Assembly (NCBI GenBank): GCA_946965045.2
Contig: OX337238.1
Span: 2,108,001-2,172,000 of the forward strand
DNA: 64,000 bases
Origin: Epithemia pelagica
Lineage: Eukaryota; Protista; Bacillariophyta
Reading direction: 5' to 3'
Below, piece after piece: positions 12,716 through 22,953 of the stretch. The position numbers were made by a program, and so were the translations under genes. The notes beneath the pieces were generated by a model, which saw nothing but the letters and a program-made list of their open reading frames with translations, was not told where the DNA came from and did no database searches. Numbering within the stretch: the stretch's first letter is position 1; each line of letters opens with the position of its first letter.

Positions 12716-14467
12716 ATGAACCGAATACTCCTCGCTCGTGGTAGTTTTCCTTTCCGGATCACAACAATCCATCCATGTTTGGCACTTGGTGGTGGCAGCA
12801 GCAGCTGGACCCTTGATTCTAGCATGTCGATTCGTTCCGTTTCGTCGTCTTGCAGCAACAACAACTCCCATCCTTCCTCACACTCGGGTTTGGTTCCCCC
12901 CTCCAGCACAACCGCCAGTCGCCGTCGTCTTCAGTCCTTGGCGGCCTTGCGACGACCCCCCTCCGCACACGACAACCACAACACGAACCCATCACAACCA
13001 TCACCCTTGGAGAACAACCACCACCACCACAATCCTTCCCCATCCGTACAGACTCGTCGTCGTCGTCGACGACCCTTGTATATTTCGGCCACCCGTCAAC
13101 ATGTGGGCAAAACCACCACGTCCTTGGCCGTTGTGTCGGGCTTGCAAAAACGAGTGGGGAAAATTGGATTCATGAAACCTGTGGGCCAAAAAGCCTTGCA
13201 AGTCCACGAACAACAACAACCACAGGATCCGGACGACGACCCTCTCCACAACGACAACCACAACCACAACAAGGAGAAGGACGAACCGAATCCCATTTCC
13301 TGCGATAAGGATGCCGTCTTGATGAAACACTACTTTGGGTTGGATCATTTGCGCTATCAAGACATGAGCCCCGTCTTGATTCCCAAGGGTTATACCAAAC
13401 GCTTTGTTGATGGTCAAATTGCCTCGTCGGACCAACAAAGCAAGGTATTAAAGGCCTACGACCGGATTGCCCACGATTCTCATTTGGTGGTGTGTGAAGG
13501 AACGGGTCACACGGCGGTGGGCAGTTGTGTCCATGCCAGCAATGCCCAAGTGGCCAGTTGGTTGGGGGCCCGCATGGTCTTGGTGGCCAATGGAGGATTG
13601 GGTCATGCCTTGGATGAGCTGGAATTGAATCGAGCCTATTGCAATCAATTTGGTGTGGAATTGGCCGGCGTCATTATCAACAAGGTCCGACCCGACAAGT
13701 ACGAACAAACCAAACATTACTTGACCAAGGCCTTGCAAGATCAATGGGGTGGTGTTCCACTCTTGGGTGTCATTCCCGATCGACCCTTTTTGGGATGTCC
13801 GGCCATGGCCGATTTGGAAAAATTACTCGAGGGATCGCAACTGGTATCCGGACAGGCCCATCGATATCGGCATTATACGGTGCATGGAGGGGATTTGAAT
13901 CTGGTCGCCACTTCCCTCCAAGTCTTTTTGCGGAATATTCAAACCCGAACCGACAGCAATCGAACCCTTTATGTCTGTCATGCCAGTCGACACGAAATTT
14001 TGTTGGGATTCCTCATGGAATCGCAACGCTTTCTGCAGCAACAACAAGAACAATCAAGTACGAATACGTCTCCTCCGTGGGAAGCCGCCTTGATTGTGAC
14101 GGGGTGTGACGACCATCCACCCTGTCCCCAAGTGTTGGAAATGGTGGTGGATCATCCGCAAGCGCCACCCGTCTTGTTGGCCCCGCAATCCACGGCTCAA
14201 GTCTTGCAAGAATTGCATGCCTATACCCCCAAATTGTATTACGAAGATGGACATCGCGTCCATACCGCCATTTTACATTATGAATCCTATATTGATTTTG
14301 ACACCCTCTTGGAACAAACCGAAACCACCACCACCGAGGATGACGACCGGTCCACGACGACAACGACGACCAGTAGTACCACAGCCGTCGCAGCCTCAAG
14401 TGCCTCGCGTTCTCTCCCGCCCCCTCCATTGGAACAGGAGCAGTGGGTGGCGGCCATTCCTTCCTAA
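12716..14467 (+). CDS. BioD-like (AAA_26) + DRTGG protein, phosphotransacetylase N-terminal family
   Basis: P-loop YISATRQHVGKTT, IGFMKPVGQ, VVCEGTGH and GVIINKV, plus a DRTGG-like region. The Ser/Arg-rich N-terminus resembles a mitochondrial transit peptide. Confidence 0.85.
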   Translation: MNRILLARGSFPFRITTIHPCLALGGGSSSWTLDSSMSIRSVSSSCSNNNSHPSSHSGLVPPSSTTASRRRLQSLAALRRPPSAHDNHNTNPSQPSPLENNHHHHNPSPSVQTRRRRRRPLYISATRQHVGKTTTSLAVVSGLQKRVGKIGFMKPVGQKALQVHEQQQPQDPDDDPLHNDNHNHNKEKDEPNPISCDKDAVLMKHYFGLDHLRYQDMSPVLIPKGYTKRFVDGQIASSDQQSKVLKAYDRIAHDSHLVVCEGTGHTAVGSCVHASNAQVASWLGARMVLVANGGLGHALDELELNRAYCNQFGVELAGVIINKVRPDKYEQTKHYLTKALQDQWGGVPLLGVIPDRPFLGCPAMADLEKLLEGSQLVSGQAHRYRHYTVHGGDLNLVATSLQVFLRNIQTRTDSNRTLYVCHASRHEILLGFLMESQRFLQQQQEQSSTNTSPPWEAALIVTGCDDHPPCPQVLEMVVDHPQAPPVLLAPQSTAQVLQELHAYTPKLYYEDGHRVHTAILHYESYIDFDTLLEQTETTTTEDDDRSTTTTTTSSTTAVAASSASRSLPPPPLEQEQWVAAIPS

Positions 14468-15344
14468 AAGCAGCTACACCCCTGGGTCTGTGGCCGCAAC
14501 GAACAGAGTGATGATGATGATGATGATGGTCGCTTCCATCCAAGGGATGATGATTCCCAAACCAAGGCTGCCGAAAACGCGCCGTGTGAACGAGTCAGGA
14601 ACCCCACAACGATGGAACCCAGTGGATGTCGTCGTCCCTCTCCAGAACTATACAGCCACGGATCGCATGTAATATATATAAATATATTGGTACTAGATAT
14701 GTAAAGCGTGTTCCTCTTCTAGAGAGCACGACAGAAAAAACAAGTAGGAACTCCAAGAGAAAAAAGAGCCTCGAGACACAAACTTAAGGTAACACTCCTT
14801 CTGTGGGACTTGTCCACATTGTTGCAATGGATTCGTATTGGATGCGTCCACTCGCGGAGCAAAATGCTAGTGATGACGTGCCACAAAAGGACTCTGGGAT
14901 GAAACAACCGTTCTGTGAGGGACCGCCAATGCCAGACGGATTGTGTGCCCAACGTGTGGCAGGCATTGTCACGTCGAGGCAAGAGCCAAATTTGCCGAGT
15001 TGCTACATAGCTGCTGCTTTGATGGAATGCCAAGAGTGGCAAGGCAAAATGTGTGGAGGAAGAAACCAACTCATGGGAGGATCAGAGGATTGTTGTTGGA
15101 TGCAAAAGTCTTGAACTTGCCCATGCAGTCGGGATGATGCATGCAGTGTTGTTCTTTGAACGACTACAAAAGCAAGTCCTCCACTACATCTTGATGTACC
15201 CCTTCTAGTATCCTTTGTGCCTTTCGCATAAATGTCTCCAAAGTCTTTTGCTCGCTTTGTGTGTGTGACAAGGCTACTCCTACCTGAGACGAAGAGGCTT
15301 GAGCCAGTAGTAGTATGGTTCACGTGAAGAAGCAATCGAGAGTT

Positions 15345-16301
15345 TTACAAAAAATATTCCGGTGTTTTGCCCAACTGGTTGGGTTCGCCCCGGAGCGGCG
15401 CCGGATCAAATTGAAGAAAGGTTGTTTGATGCGTGTCTTCGTCCACTTCCATCATGGCCGCTTGATTGCCACAGCGGTAGCAATAATTGGGGGCCGAAAA
15501 GACAGTGACCAAGGATTTTTCGTGGCACCAACTGTATCCTTCCATGACCAATTGATGAGCCCGGACCACCGTGGACAAGCCGTTGCAGTGCGTAAAGGCT
15601 TGCGTCACGTCGGCGCCAAACCAAGTCACACATGGCTCCTTCGTGAGGGACTTCTTGGATCCGATCCAATTCTCGCACGTGATCGAGTGTATCGAGCGAC
15701 GGCGACAAGCCGTCGTGGGGAAAAAAGATACTGGATTCAATCAAGGCGGACAATGGCAAGTAATCAAACAAATCGGTAAACATTTTCCAAACATTGCCGA
15801 TCCATATTTCCGCAAGCATTCATCGTAAAAGCCATAGACTTGGGTGATTTGTCGACTTTCGTGATTTCCCCGAATCATGTACACGCGTTGCGGATATCGG
15901 ACCTTGTAACAGGTCACCAATTGCACCGTTTCGACACTATAGTAGCCTCGATCCACGTAATCTCCCAAGAACAAATAATTGGTATCCGGCGGGGCGCCAC
16001 CAATCTGAAAGAGTTCCATCAAATCGTGCTATTGTCCGTGCACGTTGCTTTCATTGAAAAAGACCTCCCGTGCCATGTCGCACAACAGTTTAACTTCAGC
16101 TTCAGTCAAGGGGGTCCCCAAACGGAGTTTGGACAACCAAGCCTCCAAGTCATTTGTACTGGCCGTCGGCGTCGGGGTGGTGCTTGTTGTCTTGCTCCAA
16201 GAACCCTTCGCGAGTGATGGCGGGGCATTGGACGAGGAACTACTACTGCTCGAGACTGACGACGATGTAACGTCGGGCTCACTGTCCTCCATGGTAGTCA
16301 T
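15345..16301 (-). pseudogene. PP2Ac: Protein phosphatase 2A catalytic subunit pseudogene
   Basis: [38 protein letters not shown] and C-terminal TPEYFL are present. It also has an in-frame TAG (16031..16029), lacks the GDxHG segment, has a frameshift near 15795 and lacks the SDPDD..GAGYT segment near 15620. Confidence 0.9.
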
Positions 16302-16377
16302 CTCCGTCTTGCTCCATCATTGTATCCATGCACGTTCCAGGTAGCTCATGTTTTGTCGGAGCAATGAAACGACAGAA

Positions 16378-16424
16378 AACCCGGATTTGACGTCATATTT
16401 CCGGGTTCTTCGTGACGTGTCACG
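16378..16424. promoter_or_regulatory. Palindromic TGACGTCA (CRE/bZIP-type) site in a near-palindrome, plus a second cgtgac-gt-gtcacg palindrome, upstream of the PP2A pseudogene
   Basis: aacccggatttgacgtcatatttccgggtt (16378..16407) and cgtgacgtgtcacg (16411..16424); duplicated near 33313..33359. Confidence 0.3.
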
Positions 16425-16580
16425 CTCCAGGTTTGGTTTTGTAATTTGTAAATGCTATAGGGTCAGCCTCAAGAGTCCAAAGAGAACAGAGAAAGAGAGA
16501 AAGTGTTGGAAGGAGGGCTGAGGTTCGTCTTCAACGATCCGGTGCTCTTCTACAGAGGTGCGCTGTGTTTCCTTTAGAAA

Positions 16581-19500
16581 TCACTTGCTATTACTCTCGT
16601 TACGTTTTAACTCAATAGAATGAGATCGTTTGACGATCTCCGCGTAGGACGGTTTCGTCCATGACACCTTCTCATCTGGGCATGACACCTTCTTACCTGG
16701 GCCACTCAGTACGTCACTGTTTTCTTCCTGCTTGGGATTGTCATTGGGATTTCGTTCATCGTTGAGGGTTGACGGCAAGACCGTTCCCTTTGTTGGTCCT
16801 TCTTCGTCTCCTTTTTCAACACGCTCCTCCAACATAGGAGCGGTCTTGTCCTTTAGTGTGTTGATGTGCTTATGACCCAGAAGCACGTCACGAAATTTTC
16901 GAAACAGGGCTCCTTGTAATGGTTTGGTATAAAAATCGGCCAACATTTGTTCCGTTGGACAGTAAAAGATTTCAATATTCTCTTGTTCGACACGATCCTT
17001 GATGAAGAAGAAGCGTATGTCAATGTGCCGGGATTGCTTCCCGGCGGACCGCAGTCCATTTTTCTCAAGTCGGATTGCGCTCTGATTATCTTGCGCGAAA
17101 GTGCTTTTGACGTCATAACCTTGTTCGGCTAAGAAGCGTTTAGCCCATATGGTGTTGGGTAGGTAGTCACTCGCACCAACAACTTCTGCCTCGGTGGAGC
17201 TTTTGGTATTAAGCTTTTGCTTTCGGGACTTCGTCACCAGTGCTCCTCGTCCGAGTGACATGACACCACCCGTGTGGCTTTTCATATCGGAGTGGATCGC
17301 GTACGATGCGTCGACCCAGGTCACTAAGTTCCGAACGTCGTCGGCGGCGAGGATGTAGGTGAGGTCTCTTGTTCCATGTAAGTATTCAAGGACGCGCTTG
17401 AGCTTCATGCGGTCCTGCTCGGTGCATGTGCTCACACGTGTGGTGAGGAAAGCAATGGCTGTCTGGATATCTGATCGTGCGCGTGTTGACATATACAGGA
17501 GTTTCGCCGTGATGCTATGAAACATATCGGCCTTCTCTTTTGGCAGTTTCATAGCCGTATGATTGACCTCAAAAAGATCCTTCTTGGCTGGAGTTGGTGC
17601 CGTGTTGGTGATTGGTTCGTCGAAAGCCGCGATTGCCTCATCGATGTACTGTTCCATTTTTAATTCGACTGTTCCGTCACCCTTGAATGCGATGTTCATG
17701 CCTAGGTACGTGTGTTCGTTTCCACGTGTTACCGTCATTTTTTCAAAACGGCGTTCCAATTCCTTGATGATGTCCGTCACGACCTCGCTTTGTACGTGTG
17801 ATATCTTCAAATCATCCACGTACCACGCAATGGTTGCTTGTGTTCCGTTGATCATGGCGTTGGCTACGCACTGTTCGTAGGGGTTAACTTCAAAACCCAT
17901 TTCTTCTAGTGCACCAAGGAGCATCTCATACCACAGCAGTGCTGACCGAACACAGCCGTATAACGCCTTGTTTAGTCTCACGTAGATCACCTTCTTTCCG
18001 TTCTCAAAAGTAACGTATTGCTTATACTCCTCATTCATCTTGCAAAAAACATCGACCACGGGTCCCTCTAGCTTCATCAGAACAAAGTCAGGCATGAGTG
18101 CCTTCAGATAGGCTCCCGCGATGTCGGCTGTTGCGACGTCCCGACGCTCGATGGCGTCTATCATGAGTGTGAACATTAGTCCATCGCTAGACAATGCCGG
18201 AGACGCGATTGAGCCTTTGTCATATTTGTCGCGTTGTGGGCGTCCGTCGGCACAGCTGCGCCCCTTGATCTTTCCACATCTTTTCTCTTTGATGAGGTTT
18301 ACAGAACGAAGCGCCTCGCGCTTCTGTTCTCTTGTCAGCTCATGTGCATGTTTGGGATCGAAGACTGCTTGTTCATCCAACTGCAGAAATTCCTTGAGGA
18401 GCGCGTCGATGGCTGGTTGTCCGTACCTTTTGATGCCCGCAGCGGCACTCATTTGGGTCAGCATGACCTCGCGCTGTATTTTTTGTGTGGCATTCGCGAT
18501 GCTGGGGCGGTTTGGCTGAATGTACTTGCTCGTCGCCAAATCCCACGCGTTGTTTTTGTTGATTTCCTTCATTGTTGCTTCGGGCAAGAAGCGGGCTGCA
18601 ACTTGTGCTAGCGCAAAATGCAGGTATTGATGGTCGTACCTGTGCTCATAGGACCTCTCACGGTCCACACGCAGGTTGTAGACACCCGCGTTGTTTTCTT
18701 GTGTGGCAGAGTCTTCCTGCGCTCCTGGCTCTTGCGCTCCTTCTTCTTGCGTGTCTACATCTTCCTGCGGGAACAGGGGTTCGCTATTATTGTCGGCTTC
18801 TTCCTCGAGCACTATCTCCATGGTTTCGTCAGCGTTGTCGCTGGCTCCCTCTTCACTCTCGCTCACTTCCGCCACCTCTGCCACTAATGCGTCTTGATCG
18901 TTTTGTTCCGGTGGTTGGTGATCGTCATGTACGTCTTCATCTTGTTGTTGCACGTCGTTTGGTGGTGCTGGTGGCTCATGTACCATTGCCTCGTCTGCCG
19001 GCGCGTCTTCTTGTTGTGTCCCAATGTCGCCGTCGTCGGTATCCTCGACGTCGGCGTCGTCATCGGGGACCTCGTCGTTTGGGCCCCATTCAAAAAGTAG
19101 GTTTCCACCTGTTATTTCCTTCTGTCGTTGGGCTTGGGCCATCTGGTGTACGCGCTCGATAACGTCGGACGTGATGGGCAGTGGTGTCCACTGGTTTCGT
19201 GCCAACTTTCTCCCAGTGGTGAGGGACATGAAAGGGTAGCTTCCTTGTTCGTTTCCAGTCGGGTTCAACGCGATGGCACCGGTCGTTCGGGCGGCGTTCG
19301 TGTTACTTGGTGTGTTGTCTTCAAACACCTGGGCGTACTGTCCAAACTCGATCTTCATCTTCGAATAGTCCGGGTCAGGCAGACCGGTCACAATCTTGCG
19401 TGGACTTTCCGTGGGACTGATACCGCCGATTGCACTGGGAAGCTGGTTAAGCGACTTGATCGCATGTATCACGAGTTCCTTGACAATAATGACTGGGTAC

Positions 19501-21809
19501 GACCTATACGGGAGTCCGTGAACTGTGGAGCGCACGCGCTCCTTGATTGTTCGCACGGATCGTTCTACGTCGCCCACGTGATCGTCTTGCGCAGCCACGT
19601 TGAGATGGATGGGGAGGAGACGATTCCTGAGCGGTTCGAATTGTAGGTCGGCGTGTAGGTCGCTGACGACGAAACCACGTGTCCGGTACATCTGCAAGAT
19701 TCCCTGTAGGTCGTTCATGATGTGTGATGCGCTGGGGTTCCCACTGGTGTTCATGGCAGTAATTGTGCGAAATTTGATGTGGCGAGCAATGGTATGAAGG
19801 AAAGGAAGGCCTTGTACGAAGAGTACGTCGGCACACAAAGTGAGTTGTCCGTGGGCGTCTTTGATGGAGGGGGAAACCGGAGTCGGGGTTATGCTGGGAA
19901 CGTGAGTGGATTTACGCTTCGTTGTTTTGCCTTTGAGGGCTGCAACGTCCGGCCCGTAGATGATAAGGGCGCGCTTGGCGTCGTCGGAGGTGACGGGGGA
20001 GTTGCGGATGAGGTTGTTCTTGAGGGCGCTTTCGAAATCGCGCTGCGAAGGTCGACCAAGTAGACGATATAGGCGTCGGGCTTGTTGCGCTCCTTCGACC
20101 TCGCGGGGGGAGAAAGAAGCGGCGTTGGCCGACACGGTGGACACAAAGGTGAGGGGCACGGCCGATGGAGCGGCGGTGTCGTGAACATAAAGGCCACTTT
20201 TGACCTCGTGGAAAACCAGGGGCGGCTTGTCGGTACGGTGGACGAGGAAAGACGCGTCACCAGCGGAGTCCATGGTGACACGACACACGCGACGGACGGC
20301 GGCAAGCGACAAGATGTTGGCAATAGAATCCGGATTGAACCAGACGGTGCCGAAATTGGGGACGTCGCCGACGAGATGGGAGGTTTGCGAGCCACCGTTG
20401 GTGTGGACTGTCATGGCGTTAGCGCTGGGGCGAATGTTCATGAGGAGAGACCGATTACAAAAAACAGAAACGGTAGACTGGCTGTCCAAGAGCACCCAAG
20501 ACTTCGGAAGGGAGACGGCAGCTTGTGCAAAACTGAAACCGGACGAGGTCGTGGACTGGAGCAACTGGAGCTCGTCGGGGGAAACTGGACAGCCGTTGGC
20601 ATAATGGCCGAAGCCCTTGCAACGATAACACTTCACGTTTTCGTGCAAAATACCGTCGGTGCCAGGAACAGGAAGCCCATTCTGGACGAACTGGAGGCCA
20701 TCGCTGGTGGCGGGTGCTCCCGAAGACGCTCCGGATGAGGAGGAGGCGTTCTCTGAGGCAGGCTGGGAAGGAGAGGCAGGCTGGGAAGGAGTGGTTACCT
20801 TGGGTGGCCGATAACTGACCAGGAGGGAGTATGCACTGGCCAAATCCCTGGGATATTGATCCGTGTTGCGACTATGTTGGTTCTCGAGATCAACGAGGAG
20901 GCCACCGAAACGCTTTCCGTCGGCATTGTGTAAAAACTGGATTGCAAGGAGTCTATCCTTGGCCGCGCGTGCGAATTCGAGTTCACCGGTTAACTCATCG
21001 TCCTCTTCTTCCACCATGGTAAGAAGGCCGGGATCGGCGCCAACCTGGCCGCCGTAATGCTCAAGAACATCAACGTTATAGCGAAAATGTTGTAAGTAAT
21101 CGGAAAGGGACTCTCCTGGACCCTGTCGGTAGCTATAGAAATTTGCCAGCGCATCACGCAGCGACAAAGGGTAGTAGCGTTTCTCTTCGAAACGGTGACG
21201 AATGCCTTTGATCTCCTTGAGGAGCCAGGCACAGTCATTGCGTCGCTCACGCTCCTTGAACTCGTCCAGACCCTGCAACTTAGCCTTCATTGCTTCCGAA
21301 CACTGGCCCCAGATTACTGCAAAGATGGCACGTAGATTGCCATTGAGCTCGTGTTGACGAGTTACACAGAGTTGGCATTCCTTCTCGAACATGGCAATGC
21401 GGACTCGACTCGTCTCATCTTCAGGGGGTTCCGTGGGTTCCTCAATCGTTGGGTTCTCGAGATTGCGAGTGAGGGTGACTAGGTCGTCAGGGTACTTCAA
21501 CTCCTTCGCTATATACGCGCCGAGGGCCTCAATCGTCTTCGCGAACTGTCGCTTGTCGTCGCATTCAGCGAATACTTGGAAAACGTGCCCATTCATTTCA
21601 GACGTGTCGCCTTTAAACTTCGCCTTGCCCTGACCTCTTGTGCCACCACTTCCACCGTTGTTATTGCGGCGTCCTCGACCACCGCGGCCGTTGCGTCCAC
21701 CCCGCCGGTTACCGTTACCACCATTAGACGATTGTCCGCTCGTGGTACTGCCACCGTTCGAGGTCGCTCCTTCTGAGGGGGGCGCCTGCGATTGAGGTGA
21801 TGTACTCAT
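16581..21809 (-). CDS. E1 gag-pol polyprotein (Gag, CCHC knuckle, protease, integrase, RT, RNase H)
   Basis: CYRCKGFGHYANGC, LLDSQST, integrase CADVLF/HADLQF/VERSVRTIKE, RT WYVDDLKI and RNase H WVDASYA in copia order. The ORF runs about 80 codons into the 3' LTR. Confidence 0.95.
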   Translation of the reverse strand: MSTSPQSQAPPSEGATSNGGSTTSGQSSNGGNGNRRGGRNGRGGRGRRNNNGGSGGTRGQGKAKFKGDTSEMNGHVFQVFAECDDKRQFAKTIEALGAYIAKELKYPDDLVTLTRNLENPTIEEPTEPPEDETSRVRIAMFEKECQLCVTRQHELNGNLRAIFAVIWGQCSEAMKAKLQGLDEFKERERRNDCAWLLKEIKGIRHRFEEKRYYPLSLRDALANFYSYRQGPGESLSDYLQHFRYNVDVLEHYGGQVGADPGLLTMVEEEDDELTGELEFARAAKDRLLAIQFLHNADGKRFGGLLVDLENQHSRNTDQYPRDLASAYSLLVSYRPPKVTTPSQPASPSQPASENASSSSGASSGAPATSDGLQFVQNGLPVPGTDGILHENVKCYRCKGFGHYANGCPVSPDELQLLQSTTSSGFSFAQAAVSLPKSWVLLDSQSTVSVFCNRSLLMNIRPSANAMTVHTNGGSQTSHLVGDVPNFGTVWFNPDSIANILSLAAVRRVCRVTMDSAGDASFLVHRTDKPPLVFHEVKSGLYVHDTAAPSAVPLTFVSTVSANAASFSPREVEGAQQARRLYRLLGRPSQRDFESALKNNLIRNSPVTSDDAKRALIIYGPDVAALKGKTTKRKSTHVPSITPTPVSPSIKDAHGQLTLCADVLFVQGLPFLHTIARHIKFRTITAMNTSGNPSASHIMNDLQGILQMYRTRGFVVSDLHADLQFEPLRNRLLPIHLNVAAQDDHVGDVERSVRTIKERVRSTVHGLPYRSYPVIIVKELVIHAIKSLNQLPSAIGGISPTESPRKIVTGLPDPDYSKMKIEFGQYAQVFEDNTPSNTNAARTTGAIALNPTGNEQGSYPFMSLTTGRKLARNQWTPLPITSDVIERVHQMAQAQRQKEITGGNLLFEWGPNDEVPDDDADVEDTDDGDIGTQQEDAPADEAMVHEPPAPPNDVQQQDEDVHDDHQPPEQNDQDALVAEVAEVSESEEGASDNADETMEIVLEEEADNNSEPLFPQEDVDTQEEGAQEPGAQEDSATQENNAGVYNLRVDRERSYEHRYDHQYLHFALAQVAARFLPEATMKEINKNNAWDLATSKYIQPNRPSIANATQKIQREVMLTQMSAAAGIKRYGQPAIDALLKEFLQLDEQAVFDPKHAHELTREQKREALRSVNLIKEKRCGKIKGRSCADGRPQRDKYDKGSIASPALSSDGLMFTLMIDAIERRDVATADIAGAYLKALMPDFVLMKLEGPVVDVFCKMNEEYKQYVTFENGKKVIYVRLNKALYGCVRSALLWYEMLLGALEEMGFEVNPYEQCVANAMINGTQATIAWYVDDLKISHVQSEVVTDIIKELERRFEKMTVTRGNEHTYLGMNIAFKGDGTVELKMEQYIDEAIAAFDEPITNTAPTPAKKDLFEVNHTAMKLPKEKADMFHSITAKLLYMSTRARSDIQTAIAFLTTRVSTCTEQDRMKLKRVLEYLHGTRDLTYILAADDVRNLVTWVDASYAIHSDMKSHTGGVMSLGRGALVTKSRKQKLNTKSSTEAEVVGASDYLPNTIWAKRFLAEQGYDVKSTFAQDNQSAIRLEKNGLRSAGKQSRHIDIRFFFIKDRVEQENIEIFYCPTEQMLADFYTKPLQGALFRKFRDVLLGHKHINTLKDKTAPMLEERVEKGDEEGPTKGTVLPSTLNDERNPNDNPKQEENSDVLSGPGKKVSCPDEKVSWTKPSYAEIVKRSHSIELKRNESNSK

Positions 21810-22269
21810 CACGGGCCCTCGTCAACAATGCAACGTTCTTCCTGTCCCGTTGTATGTGTCTACCGGTGTCGGTGTAAATGTAGACCCAGTTTCCCGCTGT
21901 CTTGTAAGTCACACCCGTGTGATCCCTTCGGGTGGACACTCCTCCTTCGACCTCTGGTGGTACCGGGTTGAGTATCTCAACAGCGTCGCCTGGGTTAAAA
22001 CGCCGCACACTGATATTCCGACCCCAAAGACTCTGATCTGCCCGTGGGTGGTGTGGACTAAGTCTTCCTTGTGTGCGGTCAGCACGAGAATCCTCTGCTG
22101 TCTCTTCTTGGTGTTGTGGTTCTTGGTTCGTCGCGTTTGGCGCGGTCGGTGATGTGAGTCTCTCCACCTCTCGAAGGGAAGACAGACGATCAAGGAGCAC
22201 TACTTGCTCAGCGGCTAGCTCTTGGAGACAGAAAAGGATGTCTTCAATGTCGTCGTCTTGTGCAGCCAT
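21724..22269 (-). CDS. E1 accessory ORF with coiled-coil N-terminus and SH3/KOW-like beta domain
   Basis: ATG-initiated 181-aa ORF inside the LTR pair, overlapping the gag start; contains FNPGDAVEILNP...TGVTYKTAGNWVYIYTDTGRHIQRDRKNV. Confidence 0.6.
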   Translation of the reverse strand: MAAQDDDIEDILFCLQELAAEQVVLLDRLSSLREVERLTSPTAPNATNQEPQHQEETAEDSRADRTQGRLSPHHPRADQSLWGRNISVRRFNPGDAVEILNPVPPEVEGGVSTRRDHTGVTYKTAGNWVYIYTDTGRHIQRDRKNVALLTRARDEYITSIAGAPLRRSDLERWQYHERTIV

Positions 22270-22328
22270 AAAACGTCAGGAAACAATGCAATGACGCGTG
22301 GGGGTTCAGGAAGTGCCTATGTAATCGA

Positions 22329-22916
22329 TTACCTGGTGCGTCGCTTCTTCTTCGAGCGCTTCTCTCTCACCGATCTGGTGGTTTCTTTGGCTGCCGGCTT
22401 AGCGTCTGGTTCCGCCTTCCGGGTTCGGTTACTTTTGTCCTTGTTGGGACTGGCAACGACTTCGACGCTGCTATCTCCCTGTCCTTCTCTTGGTTCGCTC
22501 TCCGCTTCAGATTCACCTTGTGTGTTCGCGGGGGCTGCCACTGCAGTGGAGGAGGTTACTGCGGAAGGGTACTGGTATTCCGCACGAGCACGAGCAACTT
22601 GGTTGTCGCCTGCGTCGGGACCCTTGAAGTAGTCGTCGGTAGAGACTGTTGCGCTTGTGGCTCGGTGAGGAGTGCTTCGTCTACTCGACTCACTAGACAA
22701 TCCCTCGTCCTCGTCGTCAATGGCGTTTTCAAGCGTTTGATACGCGGCGCCAAGACGTTCTTCGTTTCGCACTTGTGCTTCTCTGTTCGCTTCCAATTCG
22801 TTGTGGTATTGGGTGAGAATCCGAGACCGATCTTGGTGGATCCTGGCACGCTGGCGGTGTAGGGATTCGATGACTTGCTTGGCGTATAGGACTCGGAATA
22901 CTTTGTCTCATTCCAT
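22329..22916 (-). pseudogene. E1 ORF0 (coiled-coil, acidic/basic tail) with an in-frame TGA at codon 3
   Basis: ATG GAA TGA GAC AAA GTA TTC.. at 22916 is in frame with the 22796..22329 ORF; the frame is otherwise open (DKVFRVLYAKQVIESLHRQRARIHQDRSRILTQYHNELEANR...). Confidence 0.45.
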
Positions 22917-22939
22917 GCAGGATGTTTCAGGATAGTCTT

Positions 22940-22953
22940 TTCTATTGAGTTAA
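22940..22953 (-). promoter_or_regulatory. E1 primer-binding site complementary to its own LTR (candidate self-priming PBS)
   Basis: Minus-strand TTAACTCAATAGAA directly after the 5' LTR is the exact reverse complement of minus-strand TTCTATTGAGTTAA at 23070..23057. Confidence 0.8.

Noticed and set aside
22930-22953. Conventional tRNA 3'-end PBS for E1
   Set aside because: There is no TGG after the LTR and no recognisable anticodon-arm complement; the LTR-internal match explains it better. A full tRNA scan was not possible.
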